DNA from: Ruditapes philippinarum | Lineage: Eukaryota | Direction: 5' to 3' | Assembly: GCF_026571515.1 (NCBI RefSeq) | Contig: NW_026859270.1 | Span: 62,001 to 120,361 of the forward strand | Length of the DNA: 58,361 bases | Part shown: positions 24,534 to 37,900 of the stretch, in pieces | Numbering within the stretch: position 1 is the first letter of the stretch | Layout of the letters: each line of letters opens with the position of its first letter | Position numbers and translations under genes: made by a program | The notes under the pieces: generated by a model | Told to the model about the DNA's origin: nothing | Seen by the model: the letters and a program-made list of their open reading frames with translations, nothing else | The model's database searches: none

Positions 24534-25526
24534 TTTCTCTTCTATTCTCATTAGAGCAATACTTCATAAAAATTGCTAAAATTATAATATTGTGTTCACA
24601 TATAGATAAGAAATGAGGTCAGTGTCATGTAGTATGTCTTGCATATATTAGTGATTAAAGTACTAATATACGACTTTAATGTATACGTTTCTAAAATTGG
24701 AAATGCATATTTTTATCTTCAAGATATTGAAATGACTTGGTGCCTAGGTCAATGTTGTAATTTTAGTCATATGCTACATATAATACATGCATACAATTCT
24801 AAAATTGAAAAAATAGTTTTATCAAATAAGTCTCAGTATCTAAGTATTTGTTGCTATAGTTTGGTCAGTCCTTCACGATGGGTAATTTTATCGAATGGTA
24901 CATATGTCATACTCGTGAGAAAAACAGATTTTACAAGTTACGAGCTTTCCAAACTATTGTTTAAAGTCCATGAATTTGCTTTCCAAACTATTATTTAGAG
25001 TCCATGAATTTGATAAGAAAAATTGGAATGCCCGTGAGAATGTTTAAAAAAAAGATTCACTGAATTTGATAAGTAGTTATTTAAATGGCCGTGAGAATGT
25101 TTAAAATATTATTTTGAATTAAGGTATTACCATCCTAATGCCTTACCTCCACTTTGAAGAGTATTCAAATAGGCTAACTACTGTTAACTACATTAAAACT
25201 GAGGGCCATGGGTTCAAACCTCAGATGGGTCATTTTTTTCTTTCTTTTTTTTTCTTTTAACATTATTTATGTTTCTTTCCATCCATTTTGGGTATAAAAA
25301 TGTTTATTTTTTATTATTTAATTATTTTCCTACTTAGGGAGCCTAAAAATCCTTAAAATTTACGCGATTGAGTGCCTGTTTTCAAAGTTTCCCTTTTTCC
25401 AAAAAGTATATTGGTTGATCTTGTAAAATATTAAATACTTTCACCGTCTAGTTTTGATTTTATTACACTTTGAAAATATCAGGTACCATATTAATTACTA
25501 GATTAAGCATTATTTAGCCAATCAAT

Positions 25527-25807
25527 AAATAGATGGCAAGTGACCTAGCCATGCGGAGATCTCCTGGACATATGACTTGGGTTAGGGCGTTAAGCCTTTT
25601 CATGTGCAAAGAAGACGCTCTCTAGTTGTACAAAATCAAATTTGCAACGGAATTGATCAAAGAACTTTTAAATAGTAGGCTCGTGAATATGCTTTTTCTT
25701 CCCGAAATTTACATAGGGAAAGAACAAATCGCCGGTGCAAAAAATGACCAAGCCACGTGGAAATCTCCTGACATATTACTTGGGTTAGGGCTTTAGGCCT
25801 TTCCATG
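25527..25807. repeat. Truncated start (~1.4 monomers) of the same satellite
   Basis: Same monomer and same left flank as 54742 onward. Confidence 0.9.
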
Positions 25808-25999
25808 ACTTCGATGACTTCTAATCCAATTACCTCTCTGGCGTGGGATCAATCCCCGGGAGATGTTTTGGTAGTTTAGCACGGAGGAAGGTAGTCTAGT
25901 ACTGGTGTTACTCTCCAAGAACGATGGTTAGGACACTACCTGTCTACATGACTGAAATACTGTTGGGAAAAGGCGTAAAATGAAACAAACAAACAAACA
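25808..25999 (+). mobile_element. Diverged tRNA-derived SINE of a second family, at the large duplication junction
   Basis: Degenerate B-box gtgggatcaatcccc, 3' end catgactgaaatactgttgggaaaaggcgtaaaa plus (AAAC)n tail. Confidence 0.65.
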
Positions 26000-26312
26000 T
26001 CTACTAGATCAAAGAAGGGTTATTTTTGGTATATCATTGTGCAAACAATGTTTTAAAAATCCCAAATTTCACAATCATTTTCTTCAAAAGGTAATCAAAG
26101 AAATCAAAGAATGACAAAAACGTAAATTACATATACATGTAGATAACAAATACTGTTGAATACCTTTAAATGTACGCTATCATTGTTTTGTTGTTGCAGT
26201 TTATTTAATTACAATCTATACTTAGTGCATCAGTACTCATAGTTAACTTAACCCCGCGTAGTATTGAGACTCTAAATTGATACAAAAGTCTAATTTTTAT
26301 AAAGGTTTAGTC

Positions 26313-26482
26313 ACCATTTTCGTGTTTAAATGTAGAATTCTGCTTAAGCCGGTGATAGCGGGCGGTGACGGTAAGTTGCACTTTTCCAGTATCGTCAATG
26401 AACAGGCTCAATCAAACCGAGCCTGCAACATTATCAATTTTGCCCTTTACGGGTTCCTTTAGGAATTCTGATTTTCTCTATT
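26313..26482 (+). mobile_element. ~170-bp insertion related to the 9176 element (shared structured motif)
   Basis: Empty site atgtttagtc|ttaaagacaa at ~14701-14720. Contains aagccggtgatagcgggcggtgacgg..gttgcac..caggctcaatcaaaccgagcctgcaa. Confidence 0.75.
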
Positions 26483-26489
26483 TTAAGAC

Positions 26490-26529
<40 letters not shown>
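26490..26529. repeat. (AAT)n microsatellite
   Basis: Direct reading. Confidence 0.9.
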
Positions 26530-29500
26530 TCAATACGTAAAACATAATTCTGATATGATAAAACATATTTTACTGACTAGTTTTTATTTTTGTAGAAAAA
26601 TGCAGTCCGTTCATCAAATATATCATCATGAGTTTTCAACGAGGTTAATATACCATGCCAAATATTTCAAAGCTACACCTGCCATATGTTTACAGCACTT
26701 CTATAGTAAGCTTTATACATAATATTTATACTATAAAAACTTATGTTGTTTATATTTGCATTAGATATTATAAACATAAACATTGCAGAAAAATGATGAC
26801 ATATTTATAATGATAGAATGTTTTATATAAGTTTATGAATATGTGTCATTTACATGAAACAGATTCTTCAACTGGTATGATGCAAAACATATTTTAGACA
26901 TGGCGTTTTTGCATATTCCATGTCTTCCTTGTTAACTTCCATTAAGTGTATCAGTGGAATAACTTTCGGTATATTCGACTTGAGATCAAATGGTTTTAAA
27001 CCTCTGTTATCTAAATGAAAATGTTATTGTAAAAGTTTGAACCTATATCCTATGAGTATTAAACTGTAGCTTTATCTTAATTAAAGAATAGTTAGTTTCA
27101 GATCAGGTGTCTTTATCAAAATTTAACCTCTTTGATTTAGCGTCCATCTTTAAAATTTTCAGAATGATAAACATATAAAATATATCAGTAAATACTATAT
27201 AATCAAATATAAATTTGCAGATTTGTAGAAAGAAAAATTAACACAAATGGAATGATGATCATATTGTAATAAATTCATGTTTTCTGCCAATAATCAATTA
27301 CATCAATTCTATCTTTATTCGACTTGTTTATTTCGAAAATAACAACAAAAATGATAAGCTACATAATATATGAAATTTCAGTTTTATCTAATGTGCAGTT
27401 TGAATCTGACATAGATATGAATATGTATTTGTCAATAAATTTGTCTTACAAATTAGCATCCGACTCTATCAAAAATTAGTTACATGCTTGAAGGATCGAC
27501 AATTTTAGCCATATACCCTCTCTACAGCCTCATAGAAAGGAAAACTTCAGTATGTCGAAGTTGAGATACTTGCGTAGAAACTTCGACACATCGGGACTTC
27601 GACTTATGAATATACATTCATATTGTCATAAGTTAAGCAGTGTGACGTTCACATTTATTCTAATTAATTAAATGACTCTAAGCTTAATTTTGTAGAAAAT
27701 TATAGTCGCATCGTAGTATCCTGAAAATATCAACTGCGATGACAAAAATAATAAGATTAGAGATTCTCGTCATGAATGTAGGAACTAATTAAGGTTTAAG
27801 AGAGTGAAGCATTGCTGGACAATTTATGTTACTTTCTTCATTTAGTTTATTGAGATCCACAAATTTGTTGTTTAAATTTTAAATCAGGAACATTATTATT
27901 CTGGTCAGTTATAATGTTATATTGATAACCATGCTTCTCTCTATTAATTAGAATCTTTATCTCTAAAACGGACAAAATAGTTTCTAAGTACTAGAGATCT
28001 TCTTATGTACATTGTATATATAATTCGTTAATTTCTTGATTCTTTAATAATAATTTAACTGCATACATTGATTAACCGTAAAATGCGTCTTTAATAATAA
28101 GTAAACAGCGCATATTGATTTTTGCCTTAACCGATTAGAAACAAATGTCTTAAGTTGTACCAAGACAAAACATTTGTATCTATATAGCTTGTATTTATAA
28201 AGTTCAATTCATAATGATGCTACAGAAATATTTATTGATAATCACAATATATCTTACGAATCAAATATATATGGATTTAATAGAGAGCAAGAACGTGAGA
28301 CATACATTGTGAATGTATGAAATATATGAGAGTACAGAAAGCAAATTGCAACATTGATGTGCCGCCGTTCATTTAGTTAAGTGAAAGGTCAACCTTACAT
28401 TAGTCCATTGTTTAATGACATTTCGAATCAGGAATATTGTTATTCCGATCAGTTCTAAAGCTGCAATGACACTCATTGTTTTCTTCATTTGGTATTTCTT
28501 GCGACGCTTGATTGTTCAATAGTTAAGCAAAGTGTTGTGTGTCGTTTTTTACACTCGACAAGCGTTAAACCTTTTGCATTTCAAATACAGAGAAAAGTGC
28601 ATGTTGTAAGCATTCGTTCAATCTAACCTTAACATTTTATTTTTAAGAATCAAGCGTGCTTTAATAGAAAATATAGCTTTGAACTTTGAAATATCAAATC
28701 ATATATTGAACAAATGATATGAGCTATTACGAAATGCTGACGTCAAGTCATACATTGGAAGTCAATTTGTTATAGCTCGAATACCCCATTAACATAAATA
28801 AGTCTATAAGTTTATACATAATGTTATACATTTAGTAAGAGAATAATGTGGTACATTGGTGGCATTCCATTAATACAATGTAATACGTGATGTTAAATAA
28901 TTATAACAAACAGGATTTAAGATACACACAAGAAATGAAGTATATCATTCTCATTGGTGTAAAAAATGAAGTATACATTTTTAATTGATATAAAAATGAA
29001 GTATACCCATTTAATTGATATGAAAATGAAGTATACCAAATTCATTGGTATAAAAATGATGTCTACCAGTTTCATTGATATAAAATGAAGTATACTTTTT
29101 TAATTGATACAAAAAATGAAGTTTAAAATTTTAATTGATATAAACATAAAGAATACCATTTCTATTGATAAACACTTGCCAAGTTGAGTCAGTATTGTGT
29201 GTGACTTGCATTTTAAAAGTCAAAATTGTAATTTCAACAAACATTTCATGAACCATAGAGACGCATAATGAACATAATCTTACCAATCCTAAAAACACGC
29301 ATATATTAGTTAACAATCTGGAACAAATAAATAAATGATAACAAAATTTTCAAAATATACCTTTATATAGCGATATACTTGATATATATATGTCGCACAC
29401 ATATTTCAGTTAAAACTGATTGCAAACCATGATAAATATATTCTTTTCTTATTTGAACTGTCATGAATTGTACATGTCGGTTGTATTGCAAAACCAACAA

Positions 29501-30492
29501 TTTCTTTCCAATATTTACACTTGGCTATCAGATTGAGTGTTTTCGAATTACAGCGAATGTGACATTTACGACGATAATGTAATCTCAACACAATCAAATA
29601 ATGCTCACAATTCTGTAATCCTTGTTGTAGATAATTTACAACAATGAACGAAGAGTTTCCACTTAATGAAATTTCTAGGATCGTAAGTCCATTGGGAGTT
29701 CTTGTTTCCAACAAATACATTAGTTGTTTTGATGAAATATTGATTCTGATGACATGTAAGACATAAATGTAAAAGGTTACCATCCGAACGTATGGTTCAA
29801 TTAAAAACGCACAATAAAGTGTACTATTGTTTTAAACGAGGGAAATACATTTAAAAATGTGTTTAAGAGTAAACAAAAGTGTGAAGTGAACAAATCAAGT
29901 TATTTACACATTGCAAACGGCACTTACAATCCACTTATATTATCAAAATATGACAAATAGCCCTTGCTGCGTTTGTAACACTGTAAGAAAATGTTGATAA
30001 ATACTGCAAAATCAGCCATAATTCGTAAACAACATGTTAGTTATCTCTTCAATATTGAACCTTTTTTACTTTTTTTGATTTTCTTGAATTATTTTATCTT
30101 TTCCTAAGGCATGGAGCTTTAAAAGGTCGTTGCAGTTTTAATTGTAAATAGTATCATTTTTATGTACTGACCAATTACTTCTTAACATCATAATTATGTT
30201 CGAATTTGATGATTTTTTTTAAATTGAAGCTAAAGACTCCCATGCCTAAAAAGTTCTGGTCAAACAATTATTACGTTGTAGATAACTGTTTAAACTGTTT
30301 AAACAGCTACCGGCCATCTTTTACCACGACGAATATTTAATTTAATTGTTTTTTTTTTATATAACTTAACTAATGAAAAGATTTGAAATAATTCTAACAT
30401 GAAAGGAAGGCATGTTTTCTATCAGAAACAATCAATACCACAACCTTAACTGATCTATGATTTTCTTTTCAGTTATCTTTTCAATTTACATT

Positions 30493-31621
30493 TTATTTTC
30501 CAGTAATACTAGGATTTGAGGAATCTTCAAACAGAAGAAATCCTAAGAAAATACTTTGGGCCCCACCAATGAAGGATTTATCTGAATCAATATTTTGGAT
30601 CGTAACGATATCCCCTTTTCGCAGATGAAGAACTATGGTTTGACTTATCGTATCTTGACCCGATCCATACGCGTTGCTGACATGCATCACTGTGACGGGG
30701 TGACCATTCCATATAAACTGCACATCTCCATTTGAATTAAAGAAAGAAAGAAGTGTTGCGGAGAACACATATGTTCCTGAGACTGGAGCTACAAATACTC
30801 CTGAATTATTGTTGTAACCAATTCCAATATTGGTGACCAAGTTTTGAATATGAAATTCTGGTGGACCCCAGCATGTTGCAGATTTTTGTCCATTTTTGCG
30901 AAAAAAGCCACGGGAGTTCCATTTCCAAATCTCCTTATTCTGTTTTTGTTTGCATCTTAAAATAAAATCAACACAGATATTTTTTATACACAAAACAAAA
31001 CTAACAGCAACAACTACAAAAAGCACAACAAACAAAATACACACAATGTTTTGAATTTTTGATGAAATTTTTGAAAATGTTAAAGCATCTAAGGGAGATA
31101 GCCGATACGAATGGCATAAATAAGAACATGCGTGAGTACCCTGAGGTTCAGGCGTTGATAGTTTTTGCTTATACATATGTTCGCCATTTCGTGTTCCTTC
31201 GTGTTTTTGATAGTGTCGATTTGCCGAACTTAACACGAGTTTTTGATAGTGTCGATTTGCCGAACATAAAACAGTTGACAGACTTGAACTCAGGCTAATG
31301 CGTGAATATCATTTTGGAATTTCAGCGGACCAAAACAAAAAAAACGATGATTTTACATTACGAAATGATACCCTCTGACAACATGGCACACATCACCAAT
31401 CATATAACGGAGACTGTTGGTAACCAACCAGAACAAAAAGACTTAAGCATAAGCGTGACACTCCTAAGTAAAGTAATTTATTCATAAAATATCTATTTCT
31501 AAAAATAGATCAGTTTGTAGATAAGATCAAAAAAGTATTTCTTCAAACATTACTTACCAGAATCAGTCAATGCCATTCCAGACACAGTCGCACTTATTAA
31601 AATTAAAACTTGATACATCAT
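30493..31621 (-). pseudogene. C1qDC type A copy lacking exon 2, with a 1-bp frameshift in the C1q exon
   Basis: Exon 1 31621-31558 intact; exon 3 30955-30493 is 463 nt vs 464 in the 41-kb copy (c missing at 30839/30840). Intron 2 sequence joins intron 1 sequence at ~31043-31046 with no exon 2. Confidence 0.85.
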
Positions 31622-33416
31622 TGAAACTCGAAACGAAACACTTACTTTTAACATTAGGGTTAAAAGTGATACGGAATAAGGTTCTATTTATATACGATTT
31701 TGCGGACAAGTCAATATTGTTATACGGCGTTAATGACCTATATTTTTGACAAAGATTAGCACATAAAATAGTTAATTAAAGTGATTAAAAAATTGAAATG
31801 CCGACTTTGTTTCTAGTATAAAACAGTTAATTTTCATAAGTATATTATTGGTATAAATAAGACTGAAAGTCAATGGGGATCAAACGATTTTGAACACACA
31901 ATATGTGTATATTTAATGTGGGGCATACATAAGGCCTCGCAACTCTGGCATGTTTAAAACGATGTATGGGGGCGTAGGCTACCCTTCTTACATAGTGCCT
32001 GTAGGCCGGTTTTAGTAGTAAATGATATATGTCCCACAAATGTATATATTTTTAATGGGGTTTTATGTTATTGGTCAATATGTTTTCACCTATGGTAAAA
32101 TTAAATATATAGTTGATATATATAACTTAGTACCCCTTAGTTCTGTTGTTTGGAAATGTCATTATATGCCTACATAGTGGCATATATAAAAACTGACTGC
32201 ATGAAATAATGCCACTCAACTCGGTCTTATAAATAGGCNNNNNNNNNNNNNNNNNNNNNNNNNNNNNNNNNNNNNNNNNNNNNNNNNNNNNNNNNNNNNN
32301 NNNNNNNNNNNNNNNNNNNNNNNNNNNNNNNNNNNNNNNNNNNNNNNNNNNNNNNNNNNNNNNNNNNNNNNNNNNNNNNNATGTGGATGGTATTTACATT
32401 TATTTTGTCACATATTCTGTTAAATAAAAAATACTTAGTTCATTTTTTATAGCTACACCAAAATTATATATTTTTTACATTAAAGGCTTATTGTCATCAT
32501 TTGATAGAATTAACAATAACTTAGATCTAGCTGTTTTGCTGTGCCTCAAAGTATGTAAAATGTTTAGGTCGCAATTGAACTTTTTTATGTACATTCAATT
32601 ATTTATAAAATCTTTGTATTATTTGTTATATGAAGGAAGATAATAGAGTGAGTTTGAGAATGACAACTAATAACTGTCAATATCGTGAGCAAGAAATTTG
32701 TTGAAAACTTAAAATAATGGTAAAATACTGCTTCATTTAACTTGGTTTGCCTTAGTAACGTTATCAATGGAATAATATAAAAATAACTTTTTCTTCTGCT
32801 TAACTATATTACTATATATTGGATTTTCGGAAATATGTCAGCAATATAGAATGCAAGGGACACATGTTGGAGTTTTATAATGATCCGAATTAATTGGCGT
32901 CGCAACCAAATGTCGTTCGTTGACTCCTTGATAATTTGAAGGCACATATAGCCTCGGAAATGCATATTCAATAAGTTCTTAAGAAATATCAAACATGTGT
33001 TTAATAATGTTCTAATAATAGATTCAGAGCATGTAAGATGTTTAATTTCTGAAGAAAGTAACGCTGAATGTGAATTTATGTGTAGTAAAGGTAGTAAAAT
33101 GTAAAAAAGTAGTATTTCGACTTCCATACAAAATACTTAATTAATATAATTACACAAATTGCTAAAGAGAATAGGAACAGAAAATGGGAACAGAATATAA
33201 CCAATGAGTAACTGTTTGGAAACTGTAACAAGATAAATAAAACAGAAAAATATAAATGATAGTATTTCTAAGGCTTCACTAGCCTATGCGTTTCATCAAA
33301 TTATATTGCCCAACTCAAAACTCTTTTACTTTAAATAAAAGTGCATGAAAAACTTTAAGAAATAATAAAACTGCTATCAGAATAATTTATTCCTTCTTGT
33401 ATCTTTGCATTTCATT

Positions 33417-34936
33417 TCATTTTCCTACGATACTTGGACTTGATAAATCTTCAAACAAAAGAAACCCAGAGAAAGTACTTAGACCTGAGCCATAAAACGA
33501 CTTGTCGGGGTCTTTATTTTGAACCACTACGTCATCCCCTTTTTGCAGCTGAAGAACTATAGTTTGGCTTGTTGTATCCCAAGCAGCTTCTCCCCCGCTA
33601 ACATACATTGTTGTGACGAGTTGGCCGTTCTTTACAAACTCTGCATGTGCATTTACATGGTAGAATGAAACAAGAGTTGTGGAGAATACGTATGTTCCTG
33701 ACACCGGAGCTATGAATGTTCCTACATGACTGTGGTAACCATTTCCTACATTAGTGACAACAGTTTCAAAGATGATATTCTGATGAATTCCAGCATGTTC
33801 AAGGTGTTTGTCCATTTTTGCGAAGAAAGCCACGGGAGTTTCATTTTCGGCTCTCCTTATTCTGTTTACCTGTGCATCTGTAAATTAATATAAATTAATA
33901 TATATTAAATATTAATTCAATTTTCTTTATACTTCAAACGATTTTTCAGAAATGTTTACAATGTTCCTTAAACCTAAGTAGAAAAAACTAATGTTATCGA
34001 TGATATTAGAAAATCCTTGCAAAAATTCAAAATTTCATGTAATAGAATGATTATCAATGACATAAATAAACTTCATGTTCAAAATCTCAGGAATCCTATA
34101 ATGTCATCAATAAAACAAGAAATGCTCATACCATGTTTGGTTTCAACATGATCCGGATTTCTATTGTTAACTGGCAGACTATCTTCCACGGGACCTATCT
34201 TTAGTTTACTGGTACTTAGCCTGTTAAGTTTTCCAAGGTAACTGTTACGTTGTCGCTGCCAGTGTAACTGTTTCTTCAAGCCGACAATTTGCTCTTTATG
34301 GATTTGGTCTTGCTCTTTCAAGCTTGCCACTTCATCACAAAGATTTTGAACGAGCCTTTCTGTTGCTTCCAGCCTTTTTAGAATAGCGGACTCTGTTTCT
34401 AATAAGAGATAGTGAAGACACGTTTGAATTTCTTGATTATTTTTTATTATTTTGGAACATGCTTGCGAATAAAATCTCTAAAGGTTGTATGAGTTATGTC
34501 AAATATAACATATCAATATGTATATGTGACTGGTGTCATTGACAAATATAGGCTAAACAGCTGTTTACAGGCTCAAGTTTGTATTTTTGTCTCCAAAGAT
34601 TCAATCTGTGTTCATCCGACCTAGGTATGATTAGAAAGTTATGTTACTAATGCAAATTTTGTTTCATGTGATTTGAATAACAATCGTTATTAAAAGGTCT
34701 AATTAAATTGGTGAAGAAAATGTAAAGTGTTTAAGGAAGAACAATCAAAATATTATAACCGACTTGAGCATATGGTGGCAAGCATAAGTAAAAGTTAACA
34801 CTAAAAAATGCTTATTCTAAAACAAATTATATAATTGATAAATTCAAAATCATGTCTTCACACATTACTTACCTGACTCAGCTGTCGCCATTCCAGACAC
34901 AGTTAAACATATTAGAATTAAAACTTGATGCATCAT
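33417..34936 (-). CDS. C1qDC type B copy 3 (intact, ~263 aa)
   Basis: Exons 34936-34873, 34398-34132, 33877-33417; canonical splice sites, open frame. Confidence 0.92.
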
Positions 34937-37900
34937 TGGTTTTGTAAACCAAATTCTTCGTTTAACATTAAATTTAAATATGACAAGGAATTATTTCTTT
35001 TCTATATAAGACTATAGCACAAGAATGAGCACGTTATCATCATAATTTAAGCAATTCATGACCTATATTGTAATCAGGACTTATTATGAAGATTGACACG
35101 TTAGATAATGTACTTGTAGACACCATGTGTACGAGACTGATTCGTCCTTAAAGTCCAATTATGCCCAGTAATACTTTTGTTTTTATTTTTCAAAAGCTTA
35201 TTATTATTGATGTCCTCTTAAAGTTTCCAAAAGTTATTCATTGATCAATTACCTGAACCATCTTTTGCTTCTGTAGTCTTTTGACAATTACTGCAGTATA
35301 GTGATTTTGTTTTTTATATGGAAGTCAAAATACTACTGCGTTTACATTTTAATACTTTTATGACAAATAATTTAATATTTAACGCTAATTTTTTTAATGT
35401 GATAAGCATCTAGCTAGCTCTGAACTATTATTTCAATGTTATAAAATTAATGTTTACCTTTTGTAGAGAAGGAACACATTATCCATTTCTGAGGCATATT
35501 GTGTCTTTAAATGCGTTATTATTCTGAATAAAAAATAGACAGAGGCTTGAACGTAACAATGCATCTATAATATGTAATACTTGATGAAATAACTTAAAGG
35601 TAATGAATATGTTTTAGTATAAACTAGATGAAAATTAAAATAGATAGATAGATAAATAAATATATAAATAAATAAACAAATAACAATAACCTCAAAGACT
35701 TTTTGTTTGCAGTGATGTAAAAATCTCCAATTTCACAATCATTTCCTTCAAAAGGTAATCTAAGAAACCAGAAAAAAGTAATGCTAACAAATAATGTTGA
35801 GTATCTTAAAATATACGCTGTCATTGTTTTTCGTTCAATAATTACAAACTAGTCTTAGTGCATGAGTACTCATAGCTTACTTAACCCCGCGTGAAAATGC
35901 GACTCCAAAATTGATAAACAATAGTCCCATATTTATAAATGTTTATTCTTTAAGACAATTCTGATTATATATTTAAAACAGCAAAAAACCCACAGGACAT
36001 TTAATCACTTTACCACAGAACTGTTTTGTATTATACTCGTATTTCATTTTTTTTATTTAGAAATGTCAAATATAAATTTATAGCAAATGTGTTGTTTAAA
36101 AAAGCCTATAAGTGTTAAAATTAAACATAATGGTAGAAATGTATTTCATTATTGAGACATTCCACATACTAGTGCATTTTCAATCCAAAACCAATCAATA
36201 AGAAGGTATATGTACTTCAATATTTATATTATTTTTGTAATTTAGTTTTTATGGCAAACAAAAAGCTGAGCTATGTTTTTTTACGTACAACTTAAATTCT
36301 GGTATGATAAAACATATTTTACTGACTTGTATTTATTTTGGTGTGTGCTTCTTTCGTTGGTAGAAAAATACAGTCCGTGCATCAAATACATCATCATGAA
36401 TATTAAATGAGGTTAATAAACCATATCTAATCTTTCAATGCTACACCTGTCATGTGTTTACAACACTTAAGCAGTAAGCATTATACGTTATATTTATTCC
36501 TATACAAAATTATGGTATTTATATTTTTATAAGATGAAATAAACCATAAACATTGCAGAAAAATGATGACATATTTATAATGATATAATGTTTTATATAA
36601 GTTTGTGAATATGCCATTTACATGAAACAATTTCTTCAATCTGACATGATGCGAAACATATTTTAGTCATGGCATTTTTGAATATTCCATGTAATCCTTG
36701 TTAACTTCCAGTAAGTGTATCAGTGGAATAACTTTCGGTATATTCGACTTAAGATCAAATGGTTTTAAACAATTCTAATGCATCTGCGTTGTCTAAATTG
36801 CACTGTTATTTTAAAAGTTTAAACCCATATCCTATGAGTGTTAAATTGTAGCTTTATCTCAAGAGATAATACTCCAGATGAGGTGTCTTTAAAATTAAAC
36901 CACATTGATTAAAGGTCTATCTTTAAAGTTTCAGAATGATGAAAATCTAAAACATTCATTGAATATTTATAAATATAATTAAATGTAAATTTGCAGATTT
37001 GTAAAAAGAAAATGATGATCATATTTTAATGAATTTATGTTTTCTGCTAATCACCTTTGACTTGATTATTTGAAAAAAAAAACAGCAATAATGATAAGGT
37101 ACATAAAATTTCAGTTTTATCTTATGTGCAGTTTGAATCTTATATTGATATGAATATGTATTTGTCAATAAACTTTTACAAATATGAATCCAACTCCATT
37201 TGAAATTAGTTACATGCTTGAAGGATCGGCGATTTTAGCCATATACCTTCTATTGTCTCAAATAAAGGAACACTTCAGTGAGTCGAAGTTGAGATACTTG
37301 CGTAGAAACTTCGACACATCGGGTCTTCGACTTATGAATATACATGCATATTGTTATAAGTTAAGCAGTGTGACGTTCAAATTTATCCTAATTAATTAAA
37401 TGACTCTAAGCTTTATTTTGAAGATAATTATAGTCGCATCGTAGTATCCTGAAAATATCAACTGCGATGACAAAAATAATAAGATTGGAGATTCTCGTCA
37501 TGAATGTAGGAACTAATTAATGTTAAAGAGAGTGAAGCATTGCTGGACGATTTGTTTTTCTTTCTTCATGTAGTTAATTGAAATCCACAAATTTGTTATT
37601 TCAATTTCAAATCAGGAACATCATTATTCTGGTCAGTTATAATGTTTTATTGATAACCATGCTTTACTCTATTAGAATCTTTATCTCTAAAACGGACAAA
37701 AATAGTTTCTTAGTACTAGAAAAATTCTTATGTATATGTTATTCGTTAATTTCTTGATTCTTTGATAATAATTTAACTGCATACATTGATTAACTGTAAA
37801 ATGCGTCTTAAAAAATAAGTTTACAGCGCATATTGATTTTTTCCTTATCCGATTAAAAACAAATGTCTTAATTTGTACCCAGACAAAACATTTGCATTGA

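Noticed and set aside
26398-26429. ATGAA-stem-AAA resembling a SECIS element
   Set aside because: No 3' GA of the quartet, stem too short, and the related element has ATGTA.
29406-29783. Cys-containing 125-aa ORF with relatives at 38980-39351, 49416-49604, ~19680-19970 and diverged ~21780-21965
   Set aside because: Frames and stops differ between copies and no domain is recognisable; more likely a decayed repeat within the spacer.
30956-31236. N-terminal part of the 247-aa ORF, with an apparent transmembrane segment fused to C1q
   Set aside because: It is intron sequence read through by chance via the 1-bp frameshift; not a membrane C1q protein.
31203-31266. 36-bp-period local duplication in intron 1
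   Set aside because: Ordinary slippage duplication with no functional sign.
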